Source of the DNA: Moniliella sp. 'wahieum'
Taxonomy: Eukaryota
NCBI GenBank assembly: GCA_003971905.1
Contig: RSEE01000015.1
Span: 310,001-374,000 of the forward strand
Reading direction: 5' to 3'
DNA length: 64,000 nt
The notes under the pieces are model-generated. The model ran no database searches. It was not told where the DNA came from and saw only the letters and a program-made list of their open reading frames with translations. Made by a program: the position numbers and the translations under genes. This document shows, piece after piece, positions 10,838 through 25,999 of this stretch. How positions within the stretch are numbered: position 1 is the first letter of the stretch; every line of letters starts with the position of its first letter.

Positions 10838-13409
10838 ATGGACCCCTCCGCCCCGCTGTCGCCGCGCATCCTCGCGCCCACCGCCTTCTTCACCCGCCCC
10901 GCCGCCGCCGCGCCCCCCCGCCCCCGCCCGGCCCCACGGGCTCGGCACGCCCCATGCGCAATGTGCGCGTGCCCGGGTCCCAGTCGGCTACCGACGACTC
11001 GGACACCGACACCGACGTGCGCACCCGCGCCGCCTTGGCAGCCGTACGCGCCCCAGCTGGCGCCGCAGCCGCCTACCGCACCCGGCAGCCGCGTCCACAG
11101 CAGCTTGCGCATGGATCGCGTGCCAGCACGCCCGTCACTGGCCGCCCGTCGACAGGGCTGAGCACCTACCGCTCCGCTCATTCCTCCGCCTATGGCTCCG
11201 CCTATGGCTCTGCCCGAGCCAGCATCACGTCTGCCTACGAGTCGGCGTACTCTGTGGCTCTGGCTCCGAGTCCGAGTCCCGCACCTCCTCTCGCCCGAGC
11301 TTCACCATCCCACGCCCCACCTTGGTCCAGGGCCCCCCCCCGCCCATACTACCTCTGCACTGGATGTGCGGAGGCGCAGTGCCGGCTCCGTCGCTAGTCC
11401 CAGGGGCAGCCTCACCCTCTCCAGCACTCCACTACCACCAGCCGCTGCAGATGTGGGCGTGCCTAGCGTCGTCCCGGCTGAAGACACCCAGGGGGAAAGA
11501 GAGGAGGATTGCGCTTCCCCCACAGCCTCGCATCCCTCCCGTACAAGCCCGCTTCCCTTTTCTAGTCAGGAAGATGATTCGTGGCATGATCGCGCAGAAA
11601 GCAATGGAACCACCACCACACTGGGCGACAAGCTCCGGACCGAGGGTGGGACTAAACCTCTGTCCTCCTTCACGCAGGCATCCCACACTGGAGCCGAGTC
11701 CACCTTATCTCATGGCGCCACCTACTCCACCATTGGTGACAGCCCCAAGGGCTTGTCCGTCTCAGACATCAACCCTCATTTCGGGGGAAAGTGGCCCGCT
11801 GGGACTCCATCTCAGCAGTCAGTTGCATCCTTGGACCCGCTTGCAGGCCAAGTCAGTGCCCAATCCTACGACCTCTTTGTCAAGCGTCCTTCGGATCCAC
11901 CTGCCCGCCCAGCGAGCTCCTTAGGTGCAACAGAGTGGAAAGGACGACTCATGCCGGTCACCCAGGGTGCTACGGAGCGCAGGATGCGCAAGTATCGGCT
12001 GTGGCTGGGTGGGAACCGCTTCTTCTTGGGTGGGTTGGGTCTTACTTCCCAAGCTCCTCCTGGGCGGCGCTCATATCCTTTGCCCTTGTCCTCGCCCTAC
12101 CGGCCGTATGGATGGTCTGGGACGGCCGATGGGTTGTCCACAATATTTCCCCTGGGCTTGTTGTCGTTGTGGCCTATTTTTGGATGGCGAGCATCGCTAC
12201 CATGATACATACCGCCTGCTCTGACCCTGGAGTTTTGCCGCGTAACTTGGACCTCCGTCCTGCCTGCCTCAATCCTGACGACCAAGGCGACGGAGAGGTA
12301 TTCCTTGCTAGTCCGAGCGACAAAGCGGTGCCGATCGCACGTCGCGTCCGGGTGGGTCCTCAAGGCCGGATCTTGAAGCTCAAGTGGTGTGAGACATGCC
12401 GCACGCACGTACCGCCCTCCTAGGAGCTCGCACTGTCGTAGCTGCGACAATTGCGTCGAAAACATTGATCATCACTGTACTTTTCTCAACAACTGTGTGG
12501 GGCGAAGAAATTACCCCTCGTTTCTCTGGTTGCTCTTTGTTCTCCTCACCTCGCTCGTGCTCATGCTGTCACTCAGTGTTGCACACCTCGTCATGCTCAC
12601 CTGGCACAAGGACCATTCTTATCCCCGCTCGGGCCACCGTAGCCCGGGGCTCTCCTTTGGCGGCGCTCTGCGCAGGTCTCCGGCCTCCGCCGTTGTGGGA
12701 CTCATGTCCGCGTTCCTGCTGGCGCCTGTGACGACGCTGATGGGGTACCACGTCCGTCTCCTCTGGCTCAACCGGTCCACGGTAGGAGATCCGGATGGCG
12801 GCGCGGAAGGTGGGCGCAGATGCAGCAGGTCTGGAAGAGGTGGAAGGGCCGACACAATCGGCCACCGCCGAACCAGAACCCCGTTCTTCTTTCCTCAACA
12901 CCTTTCTGGGTGGGCTGACTGCCCCCTGTCGTCTCCTTCTCCCTGGAGGAGATGGAGATAAAGACTCCACCTTCCCTTCCTCTTCCCGTCCTCGCCGGCG
13001 CCGCAGTACCCGGCCTGCTGACCCCAACCCCTTTGCCCGTCCGGGCCAAGGAATGAAGAACGTGCTCGCAACCCTATCCCGTCCCTACTCGTTGTCCTGG
13101 ATGGATCGGCGCGGATGGGCGCAGCCCGATCTGCGCCGGACCAACCCTGCCTTTCTCTTGACCGACACGCCGCTGCAGGCACAGGGCGAGACCCCCTGGC
13201 CACCTGGAGCACCAATCACAGTGTCCACTTCCGAAGGGCTGGGGGAGAAGCATACCGGCCACACCTACTCTGCTTCGGGGGAGACGCGCATCCCACTGGG
13301 CACGCCGGAGGGATTGGCGGGGACATGGTCCCACCAAGACGCCCCGCCTGCCCATACGAACGACGGCGCTGGCGCCCACAACACATACGAGATGCGTCAA
13401 CGCTTCTAA
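10838..13409 (+). CDS. ERF2: DHHC palmitoyltransferase, ERF2/ZDHHC9-like
   Basis: [46 protein letters not shown] cysteine-rich domain, upstream GGNRFFLGG and [10 protein letters not shown] motifs, hydrophobic TM segments, and a late NPF motif. Spans several frameshifted ORFs. Start approximate. Confidence 0.88.
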
Positions 13410-14288
13410 CTTACGATGATGGCATTACGATGATGGCAAGACCTGAGGCCTCAGCCCGAGGTTTCTGTCGCTGCGCTGGATCGCTGGATCGCACCAGACG
13501 GTCAGGTTTGCTGGGGCTGAGCGCTCAGGCTGAGCGGGCGTCGACGCAGCAGCTGTGACATGTGACACCGGTTTTGATTGGTTGTCGCAGATGCTCGATG
13601 AGTTCAACGTTTACATGGCATGGCAACATGTCGTCGGCAATGCTCACGTTGGGCCTCTCATCCCCCCTCCTCTCTCCTCGCTGTCCTTTCCTTGATGCTC
13701 TTATCTCTCTCTTTGATACCATCTTGCTCGCCCACGTCATCTACTCCGCCACGCGCCAATGCGTTGTTCTGGAACAGGCATTCCACCGCCTCAGCCATGG
13801 GCGGAGACAGGATGGAAGAAATAGGTGGGGCGACTTGGGGCGCCCGAAATGGGGCCTCAGCTGCTGAGTAGATTCGGCAAGGCAGATAGAAGATTGTCGT
13901 GTCGGCTGGAATGACGTCGGGCCTTCCTGACCACGTCGGGCGGTCATGCGTCCATGCATGACGTTTGTTTGTGACAGGTGGCATCCGCCTATCCGCTCCG
14001 AACAGGGGCAGTGTGGACCCACACGGGGGGGCGACACGGGCGCCGTGGCTGGTTCGCCCTGGTTCGTTGGTCTTCCCTCCTCTTCTGTTCCCCCGCGTGG
14101 AGGGCGGCGGGAGAACCACAGGCCACTGCCCCCGTGCCTGCGCCTCCCGGCGGCGGTGGGTCCCCACCGCCCCAGTGCGCCCTCCCCGCCTCGGTGCTTC
14201 TGGGGGCGCGCACTGGCCACTTATTTAAACGAGCCCCCTGGCCGGTGCTCCCCCATCCCTCCTCCATCTCCCACATCTCTCTCCTACC

Positions 14289-16291
<2,003 letters not shown>

Positions 16292-16801
16292 ACAAGTCGA
16301 CTTTGCCACTAGCTCGCCTTGTTTTGTTCTCTGTTTCTTCATCCCATGATGCCCCTTCGTTACGGCGCTCGCGACGCTCGAGGCCGTTGTACTACAAAAA
16401 TTCCCATGATTTGACTCCACATGCTGTTGAGATGTAGAATTCCCACTTGATATAGTTCCTTGAAGGGGAGGAATAGCCATCGTACATGCTAACTGCATTT
16501 GCAGCTCGTCAAACACGTTCAACATTCCTTGGACTGATAGACCCACGCGGGGTCCCGCCTCAAGCACAATTGGCTGCCCTATCCACCTACCTACATCTAC
16601 TTCCCCGGCGGTATGGGCGGGAGCTGGGGGTGCACCCTGCCCGGCTCGCCTGAGGCAGCACGACATGATGCCATGTGGCAGGTGCTTTGGCTCGGGGTTC
16701 AATGGAACGTTGACAGAATGAAGATGAATGAATGGTAGATGTACAAAACATGCGGGGCGAAGGCGAGGGGCGCGAGGCGCGAGGCGAACCTGGGCGGCAC
16801 T

Positions 16802-19800
16802 CTAGACGAGGCCGAGGGTGCAGATACAGCGGAAGCGGGTGGCCCATTCGAGTGTGGCGTCGTCCAAGCGACCGGTGGGGAGGTTGAGCGTGCCGAGCAA
16901 CGAGGACGATTTCCACCCCCAGGATTGGGACAGGGTGAAGGTCCGGTCCTGAGCTGAAGCGGGTCAAGGCGTTGCCCAAGGGCGACGGACAGTGGATGGC
17001 GAAAAAGGCACGGATGGCCTTGCGTGAATCGGTAAAGGGCATAGCGGGGCGCGGGGGCGTGGTCCAGTTCAGCCCTTCGCCCAGCGGTAGCGAGGGGTGC
17101 AAGCTTTCGCTCAACAGCTGGTCCAGCGCCGGCGCGCGCAGCCGCGGCTTGTCCTTGTCGCCCTGCTCGGGCGGCGCAGACGCGGCGGGATACTGTCGCT
17201 GGGGTTGTGGCGTTGGAGGTAAATGCCCAACTGGGGTCCTTTAGGTTTGGGCGTCGTGACCACATACAAGTTCCACAGACTGCCAGCATAGAACCACGTG
17301 GGCGAATAGAGTCGACTGCGGTCTTGTAGCTTGTCCACGCCCCAAAAGTCCACCCCGATCCGCATTGGTTCAAATGGCACCCACAGCTGTCCCAACGACC
17401 GCGGCACACTTGCCTGCCCAGCCCCAGCCCCGGGCCCGGCCCACGCTTGCTCCGCCCACGCCTCCAGCTCCTCCCCACGCGCCGCGCGCGCCGCAACGCC
17501 AAACGACTTGTGCACCGACCCGCCCCGCGCGCCTGGGGGAGCGGCAAAGCGTGCAAGTCGGTAACGCGGCCAAGCCCGTTGCCGTTGCGCCGTCGACGAC
17601 GCATACGCATCCGCCTCCGCATCCGCCACCACCTCCTCCATCTCCACTTTGGACTGCGACAGGTGGTCCCGGATGGTCTGGGACGAGCTCACCAAGCTGC
17701 TCAGGTTGTCGCCCAGCTTCACCGTCTCGTCCTCCGGGACGCGGAAGAAACGTTTGCGGGCGCGCGTGCGGTGGGAGAGCGCGCTGGGCGAGGCGGGCAG
17801 GCCACGCGACGATGACGCGGGCGAAAGAGGAGGCAAAAACGCTTCTTCTGAATTGGCGGGGGCGGGTCGGAACGAAGCCAAGGTGACTGCCAAGTTCAAC
17901 TCTTTTGCGTCCCCGTCCCCGCTCTTGGTCGGCGCACACGACTCGATCCGCGTTCGCAGCTCCATCCCGGACCACAGCCCACGCTGCAGCACATCCCCGC
18001 GCGTGTAGAGCTCGCGCGAGGTAGGCGATACGTCATCGGCCATACTGCTCAGCTCGTCAAAGCTCATGTGGGTATAGTAGATCCCGTGGCAAACAAGTCA
18101 CGGTACTCCTCTCATCTTCGTCTTGGTCTTGGTTTTGGGTTTGGTTCGGTCTTGGTCGTGGCGTTGGTCTGGGCTTTGGTCTTGATCTTGGCTTTGATCT
18201 GGGTCTTGATCGTGATTGTGATCTTTGGGTTGCTCCTGCCCTACATTAATTTTGCCCATCTCGTTCGGTGGGCGGGGGGGTTGGGCTGCGCATCCCGGTC
18301 GCCGGTGGGAGAGCCAGTGAGCCTTCTTGGCCCTTCGAAACTCGACCACCTGCCGGGCAAATTTGTACCGTGTCCATTCGGTCAAGGTAAAGAACGAGTC
18401 GGAGGAGATGAGGGTGCGAACCGTGGCGGAGGGCAAGCCCAACTGAGGATCGTACGCCCACACCACGGGTACCGGCGGCGGCGGTTCCACCGCCCCGGGG
18501 GATCGGACGCCGCACGCGCAGGCTCAGGGTCCGGCTCAAGCTCCAACGTGACAGACGTCATGGGGGAGATGAACGTCGGAGTCGCACGGCCCGCTAGGTC
18601 GCGCAGTGCTCCCTCGCCCGAATCGGGCACCGAGCCCGACCCGACCCGCCTGAATCGGTCCGCGAGCGGCGCAGCAGCGACCTGGGTCGCTCCCGCCTCG
18701 TCAGAGGACCCTGGGTCGTCGAGCGTGGGGGGCGAAGAAGCACGGGGAGAGAGGAAGGGCGCCTGCGGTGTGCTCAGCGGCGGTAAGTGCGCCGGCGCGT
18801 GCAAGGGCGAAGGCAGGGGCGAGGGCGAAGGCAGGATGGGAGTGATACTGGGCATGGGCGTTGCGGTCCGCATCGTCACGTCCTAGTAGCCGTCGCCCTC
18901 GTCGTGTCGGCACGGCCGGGCGGTAAGTGCATCTCCCATTCTAGCACCTCACTGCCCCAGCGACAGAGCCAGCACACGGCTGCCTGGCCAATCTTGCGGC
19001 ACGACAGCCCGTAAAATACAAGAGGTCGGGAAGGTGGATCGTCGAGCGTCGGCTCGGGCGGCGGCGAGGGACTAGGGGTGGGTACGGCGGTCGAAGCAGT
19101 AGCTGTGGCAGGGGCGGTAGCGGCGGCGGGGGCGGAAAGGGGAGAGGCGATTGGGAAGGGGATGGGGGCCAGAGTTGGGGCGACGGCCGTCGTCGAGGGC
19201 GGAGGAGTGGCGGGCGTTGGATGGCGGCCAAAGGGGGAGGGGAGGGAAGGGTAGAGAGGGAGCTCCATCCAACCAGGGGCTCGAGGAGCTCATCCACCGG
19301 CCGCGGGGCGTCAGGCAGGAGCGAGGTGGCAGGCACGATGCCCAGGCCAGCAGCGAAGCGGAGGTAGGTGGCGACGGTATAGGGGGTAATGCTGGCGCAG
19401 AGCAGGGTGAAGGCGAGGGAGGTGACGCTGGGCAGACCAAGGTAGGTGCTGGTGGCGATGAGGGAGAGGAGGAGAAGACGCGCGGGGGTGGGGGAAGCCT
19501 GTGTGGGGGGGGCATGCGCGCGGGCGCCGGCGGGGTAGGGAAGGCCGGGCTGAGAGGCGCGTCGGCGGCGGGTTGGCCCACACGGGCAGCTGCAGTGGCG
19601 GAGGCGCGCCATAGAGCGTGGCAGGCAGTACTCGAACGCCGGGCGCGACATGTTGGGGTCGGGAAAGGGGAGGAGGAGCGGGCAAGACAGGCTGCCGTCC
19701 GCCTCGCCGGCGCGCGGGCAAAGCGCGCGTGGAAGAAGGCGGCCTGGACGAGGATGAGCTTGTGCACGGGTACACACGCCCAAACGCGGCCACCGACACG

Positions 19801-20025
19801 TCGCAGCAGATGCCCACGCCGGGGCGGAGAGCACGGCTGATGTGCTGGTGCAGCGCGAGGGCGGCGAGGTGGGTGCGCTGCCGCTGGCGGGTCGAGGCGG
19901 GGGCGAGGGCGGCGGGGGGCGTGGGCGGCCAGGGTGGACAGGGGGGCGGTCCCGGCAGGCGCGGCGGCGCCCAGAGCGACGTCCATGTCGCGCTCCGCAC
20001 TGGCGCGGCTACGCAGGGACGCCAT
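16802..20025 (-). CDS. Fungal BTB/POZ-domain protein (germ-cell-less/Btb2-like)
   Basis: CDVSVAAFGRVY.VHKLILVQAAFF BTB start, DPNMSRPAFEYCL, SDSFFTLTEWTRYKFA, GIYYTHMSFDEL, RLYSPTWFYAGSLWNLYV and C-terminal FSSGPD..SQSWGWKSSSL. Many frameshifts. Confidence 0.75.
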
Positions 20026-20176
20026 GGGCGGTGGCGGTGGGCGTGGCGGTGGTGGGGGCGATGGGGATGGCGATGGGGCGGGCAGAGAGGCGGGGATGGT
20101 GCGTGCGGCGCGGACTGACTGGGCTGCTCGGACCGGCACATGTGGGCTGCTGGCTTATGTCATGTGTGGGCCGCAG

Positions 20177-23073
20177 TCACCTGACGTGGGATCTGTGTGT
20201 GCGTGGGTGTGCGCGTGCTAGTAGCCTACGACAGGAAGATGTCGATGATCGATTAACGTGCAAACATATACTACGCCGACCCAAGAGATGGTGCACAGCC
20301 GAGCTGAGAGGCCGCCAGCGGCTACTGGGGCGTGCTGCTCGCGGCGCGCGCAGGCGCGAGGCAACCGCCGTGCCCGCCGTCGCCTCCCGCGCGCGCCGCA
20401 GCATCGTCCGCGACACGCGTCCGTCGCCCGAGTGCGCCGACAAGTCCGCGTCCCAGCTCGTCGATCCCACTGGCGACGCACTGATCGGCCCGCCGCGTTC
20501 GGCCCAGGCCCAGACTCCGACCCGTACCGTACCCACGCCCATACCCATACCCATCCTCAGTCCCAGCCCCAGCCCCAGGTCCAGCCCCGAGCTCGGCCTC
20601 GGCGATCCCCCCCGCGCTGCGGCGGCGCGGCGAGCTTGCACGCGCATGCGCCACTCGGACCGGGGCGAGGAGGGGTCGGGCGAGGCGGGTGTGGATGGGC
20701 GCAGCGGGCGCAGGGAGAGGGAAGCAGAACTGGTATCCTCCGCCCGGGGGGGCGGCATCTCCGAAACCGAGCGCACATGCCGTCTTGTAGTGCCAAGCCC
20801 GATCTGCGCCCCAGCACGGCCGTATGGCTCCCGCTGCCGCGCGCACGTGCCGCTCCACAGGCCCGGGGGGAGGAAACGTACTCCCCGTGCCGGAGGGCAG
20901 GCGGGAGCGTACTGAGCTGGCTCAAACGCGGGCCGAGAGGGGGGCAAACGAGAGACTGCTACTGGCCCGCGCGGTGGAGCGGCCACTGTGAGCGCCAATG
21001 GTCGATATGGACATGGAATGGGCGTGCGCGATAGGCCCAAGCCCAAGCCCAGACCAAGAGGTGTGCTGGTGTTCCTCGGGATGTCTTTGCCCATGTCCAT
21101 AGTGTGGTTCGGGTTCGGGTTGAGGTTCGGGTTCGGGTTGAGGTTCTTGTCCTTGTCCTCGACAAGCGCATGCAAAGCACACGTGAGTGTGCGCGCTTGG
21201 TCATCGCTGCCACGCACGACCGACGCCAGCCGGTCCACCATCGTCTCCCATCCATCCTCGCCGCTTGGAGGGAGGAATCGACCTGCGCCTCGATCGCGAA
21301 CTGCAACAGCATCTGCAGCGATACGTTCATCTCTGCCACGTTCTGCGCCAAGTCCACAAACGGTTGAGCCACCTCGTCGGCATACAGCTCGGGCACCCGT
21401 GCTGCCACTTGCTCCAGGTTGCGCAGATGCGTCGCCTTGCCTGCCCTTTGCGAGGCAGAGGCAGAGGCAGAGGCAGAGGCAGAGCCAGGCAGGGGGGTGG
21501 GCGTGGGCGTGGTAAGCGAGCGGATACGAGGCCAGTCGTGGTGAATCGGGCTGGCGGGGGGTACCAGTCGAGGGGGAGACTGCGTCGGTCCGGCCGAAGC
21601 AGATGGAGCTGAGGCGAGACGCGGTGCGCACTTCGCGTTCTCGTTCCCGCTGGAGCCCTCGCGCGGGGGCTCGACAAACGAAATGCGGCGCGTACGGTCC
21701 ACGAGCGAGTCGTACCCGCTGGTATAGGTAGGCGTGCGTGTGTGGGTGGGAGAGTGGGTGAAGGAGGCGAGGGAAGCATGTGTCGCGTGGCTCATCGCCG
21801 TACTGACTCGCAGCGGACGATGGGGCAGGGTGCTGAGCGAGGCTGTTCGATCGTGGTTGCGCAGCGGAGGTAGACGAGTGGCAATTTCGGCGACACTGGG
21901 CCGGGGCGGAGCAGGCTCCTCCCTCCTCCGCTCAGGCAGACGGCTACCTCCTTCGTCCGAGTGACGCGGGAGGGGGGAAGAGAAGGGTGCATGAGGAGCG
22001 TCCCGCGGTCGCGTGTACGCTGAGGAAGAGCGTAGTAGGGGACACGCCGGGCGGGTGCTGGTCGCGCAAGGGAGAGCGATTGGGCTGGCTGGTGGGATAC
22101 GCGGTAAGAAGATCCATATGAAAGGCGCGAGGCTTGCGAGGGCGAGCGGGTCGAGGTACTAGGGCGATAGGGCGAGCTAGGTGGGTGGCCTTCCGCCCGC
22201 GGTGTAGGTCGAATGGAAGCTGAGGACAAAGACAAGGCGTCGCCCGCCCTGCCCAGATCGGATGAGGGAGGCGCGCAACACACTCCCGCCTCGTCGTCCA
22301 CCTCGGATCCCGAGGCATCGGACATCAAGTCCACAAATTCGCGTGGCGGAGGGGGCTCTTGCCCATGCGGTGGGACGTGGGGTAGGCGGGGAGGAGGGGT
22401 CCTGCACGGGGAAAAAGTGCGAGGACGATGTCCTGGTTCGTGGGCGCGGGGAGGAGGTGGCGATCGCAAACGAGCCGTTGCGCATCCCAATGGGGGAGAG
22501 ATGTCGGCGATGGAGACATCAGCGAGGGACACGTCGGCGGCATAGGGGTCGAGGGCAGACCGATCGCCGTCGGGGCCAAGGCCGAGCCGGCTGGCCATGC
22601 TGCCCAGGCTGAGGGTGGAGACTTGTTCGTCGTTGGAGGGGGACGAGGGGATGGATGGGTAGGGGGAGGGGGGCGGGGAAGGGGAGGGGGGGGTGAAGGT
22701 GACGGCGGGGGGGAGGGCGACGTGAGCAGGCGGGGCGCAGGGAGCACATTGGGGCTGTGGGGCCGGAAGGCAGGCGGGATGGGGGCGCGGGCGGGGGCGC
22801 GGGCGGGGGCGCGGGGCGGCGGGGGCGGGGCGCCGCTGGAGGCCGAGTCGGCGTCGATGTCGCTGAGGCGGGGGGAGCGTGGGGGCGGGGACGGGGACGG
22901 GGACGGCGAGGGCGAGGGCGAGGGCGACGGGGAGAGGGCGGGGCGGGAGGGTGGGCGCGGCGAGGACGGAGGGCGTGCGGCGGAGGAGGTCGGCGATGGG
23001 CAGGCGGCGGACCGTGCCGAGGCCCGGGCGGGAGAAGGCGGCGGCAGCGGGCTGGGCGGCGGCGGGCGGGCAT
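20177..23073 (-). CDS. Hypothetical Pro/Ser-rich protein with a short helical core
   Basis: Chain of long minus ORFs. Non-low-complexity segment HLRNLEQVAARVPELYADEVAQPFVDLAQNVAEMNVSLQMLLQFAIEAQVD...WETMVDRLASVVRGSDDQARTLT. Both ends uncertain. Confidence 0.45.
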
Positions 23074-23456
23074 CGCAGCCCACAGCGGCCGGCCGGGGCG
23101 GGGGGGCAGGGCAGGGCAGGGGGGCCAGGGGCGCGTAGAGTAGAGCAGAGCAGAGAGCAGAGAGTAGAGGCTACGCGCCGCGTGTGCTGGCTACCAGCTA
23201 ACCCAGCCAGCCTCCCTCGCCCGACGAGGATGCAGCTTGTTCTGGCACGTGACCCCCCCCAACAACATCCACTCCCCCTTGCAACATTCAAATCCCACGT
23301 GCCCCTGCCGCTGCCTGCCCCCCCCCATTAGCCTGACTGCCTAGCTCCTATCAAGGTTGCGTGGAGTAACTAGTAACCCCCCCCCGCAGACACACATCCC
23401 ACACGGCCAGCATGCCTCACGCACCCTTGCGCATTCATCGGTGCCCCCCACCCCTG

Positions 23457-24854
23457 CTACATTATCTCCTCCCCCGAGTCATCCTCCTCCCCGTTCTCGT
23501 CCTCCTCCTCCTCCTCCTCCGACGCGCCGGCGCCCTTGTCCTGCAGCTGCTTCTCGCGCTGCAGCGCCAGCGCACGGTCCCGCTCCTGCTGGTGCGACGC
23601 CTTGCTGGCACTGTACTCGGGCCGCAGCGCCCAGTAGCCCGCATACGTGCCCTTGCGCTCCATCTGCGCAATCGACGACAGCACCTCGCGAAATACGGCT
23701 CGGGCTGCTCCGTCTGCTGCCGCAGCGTCTGGAACTGGTAGTACTTGTACTTTTCAAACAGCGCAAACAGCTGCTGCAGCAGATCCGTACGCGGCATCCG
23801 AGCAAACTTCTCCACGCCCTTGCCCTGCTTGATGATCTTGCCCGTCTGCTCATCCCAGTCAGCAACCCGCCCTGCCTGCCTCCAACCGCAAACCAAAAAG
23901 AAACAAGAAGACAGTCCACATACCGAAAAGCCAGCTTGCTGGTGTGCCAACCCCGACGTGATCCGGCTCTCCAGCCCCGAGTCAACATCGTCCATCATAA
24001 TCATCTTCCGCTTCGGCTGCATCGCTTGCGACTGACGCAGCTTCATCATGCGTCGGTACTCATCCAACCTCTTCTCTTCCGCTAGTCGGCCGGAGAGCTT
24101 GCTCCCGCTCGGCAGGGTGCTCGCAAGAGTCGATGGGACCCGCGGGTGCAACCGCCGCTTCGTTCGCCACCTTGCCGACAATTGCCGTATGGCCTGGGCA
24201 TCGTTAGCTTCGCCCCAGGAGGGCGGGGGGGGGGGGGGGGGACATACGCCTGAATTGGAGTTCTTCTTGCGCTTTTGCCTGGCACAGCTGCCGAGTCTGC
24301 GCCTTGGAGCGGAAGCACGTCTTCATCCTCCGACTCCTCCCCCGACTCGTCGTCCGAATTCGACCCCGAGTCCACCTCCTTGCCATCCGCCTTGCGACGA
24401 GCCTTGCGCGCCCTTCGTTCTTTCTCCGCCGCCACATCCTCGTCCGGCCGCTTCTCCTTGAAGGCAAAGATGTTGCGGCTGCCGGTATTGTGTTGGTCGG
24501 TGAGGCGAAGGTTGTAGGCGCGGGGCAAATGGGCCAGGGTGGGGTCCAGTGCAAAAGCCGACGGCGGCAGCGGCACCGCAGGCCCTGGCGCAGGCGGCAA
24601 GATGAGCTCCATCTCCGTCTTGGTAGACCCGGGCTCGGGGTCGTACAGACGCACTGTGCCCAACGGCTGCCCGGCCTGCTCGACCTGGGACCAGGCATCG
24701 AAAAGGAACTTGGGTACCTTGACGAGCCACAGCTGGTTCTGCGCACCACTTACATCCAGATCCTCGTCGGGCTCGGCATCGTAGAACGGCTCCTTGGTTT
24801 CGGGCTCCTTGGCGCGGTGAGACCGGCCGGCGCGTCGTCGGGGAGATCGTCCAT
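23457..24854 (-). CDS. TFG2: Transcription initiation factor TFIIF beta subunit (RAP30)
   Basis: N-terminal LWLVKVPKFL..W and C-terminal winged helix ARMPRTDLLQQLFALFEKYKYYQFQTLRQQTEQPEPY..EVLSSIA...GTYAGYWALRPEY. Intron 24247-24194 with a CTAAC branch site. Confidence 0.93.
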
Positions 24855-25093
24855 GGCTCGGTGGCGGGGCGGTGGTGGGCCGGAAGCACAGAGGGGATGG
24901 CAAGTTTCAAATTGCATCCTGCCGAGGTAGCCCTCGGGAGGCAGGAGGCGTGATGTGCAGGATGGGTGATGGGTGGTGCCTGCCTGGGTCATGACGTACC
25001 CCCGGGCAGCGTGGATTACGGCATGCGCGGCGCAGGACACGCTGCGCTCGGACGAGCGTCGCAGTCGGTCGCTCTGAGCCTCCAACCGTCGCG

Positions 25094-25999
25094 ATGGTGC
25101 GTGCCCCTCCCACCCCCCCCCACCGCCTCCTCCGCGGCCCTGACCCCCATGTCCTAGTCCCGCCCCACTGCCAGCGCCCCGCATCTCGTCTGGGCCGCAG
25201 GCCACGTCCTGACGCTCTTCTGCGGCGTCTGGGCGCTCAAGTCGGCCGTTTTCTTCTGGACGCACACGGTGCCGGTCTATCCTACACTGCCGCCTACCTC
25301 GGCGCGCTGGTTAGCTATGGGATTGTGGTGTACAAGTCCTTTGGGCATCCGCAGATGTCCAAGGCCAGCCTGCACCGCATCCTTTTGGATGAGAACGTAC
25401 AGTACCTCGTCCTGTCGCTCTACTGGCTCTGGCAGACGCACCCTGTCCCGATCACGCTTCTTCCCTTTGTCGTCTTCTCCCTCTTCCACGTGCTCACCTT
25501 TATCCGCACCACCCTCATCCCGCTCGCGTTCCCACCCCCGATCCAGGGCACGCCTGCTGGCACCGCCGCCTCGTACTCAAAGAAGGCACAGACGCTGATC
25601 CAGAACTGGGTCAAGAACTACTACGACCTAGCCATGTGCATTGTGGCCTATGCCGGTACTCATCTTTGTCCGTCTGCTCCTCGGTGTGGCCCTGGGCGCC
25701 AACTCGGTCTTTGCACCTTCGTCTTTGCCCACTTTTACGCTTGCGCTTCGTCATGAGCTCGTTCACCCGCCAAGCCTTTGGCCGCGTCCAAGCCCACCTC
25801 GACACGCTCAGCCGCGACACGCTGCCCAGACCCGCTCCGCAAAACTTACCTCACCACACGCGACCTTCTGGCCCGTTACGCAAACGTCGTGCTGCCCTTT
25901 GACATGGCTGTGCCTGCGGGCACACCGGCCAAACCTTCAGCCCCGCCCGCAGCCACGGCCCCAGCCCCGGCCCCAGCGCCAGCATCAGCCTCCGCGTGA
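25094..25999 (+). CDS. POM33: TMEM33/Pom33/Per33 family ER and nuclear-pore membrane protein
   Basis: VWAAGHV, AYLGALVSYGIVVYK, LLDENVQYLVLSLYW, LLPFVVFSLFHVLTF, WVKNYYD and LRLRF...SFTRQAF. The ATG is followed directly by intron 25097-25157. Confidence 0.9.

Noticed and set aside
9709..11181. ORFs with IHPS / MDGW repeats
   Set aside because: These are translations of the (GATG)n microsatellite plus GC-rich sequence.
13765..13785. Heat-shock element upstream of HSP70
   Set aside because: Only two correctly spaced nGAAn units (TTCtgGAA); the third is off register.
19151..23331. Long Gly/Arg-rich plus-strand ORFs
   Set aside because: Shadow frames of Pro-rich minus-strand genes in very GC-rich DNA.
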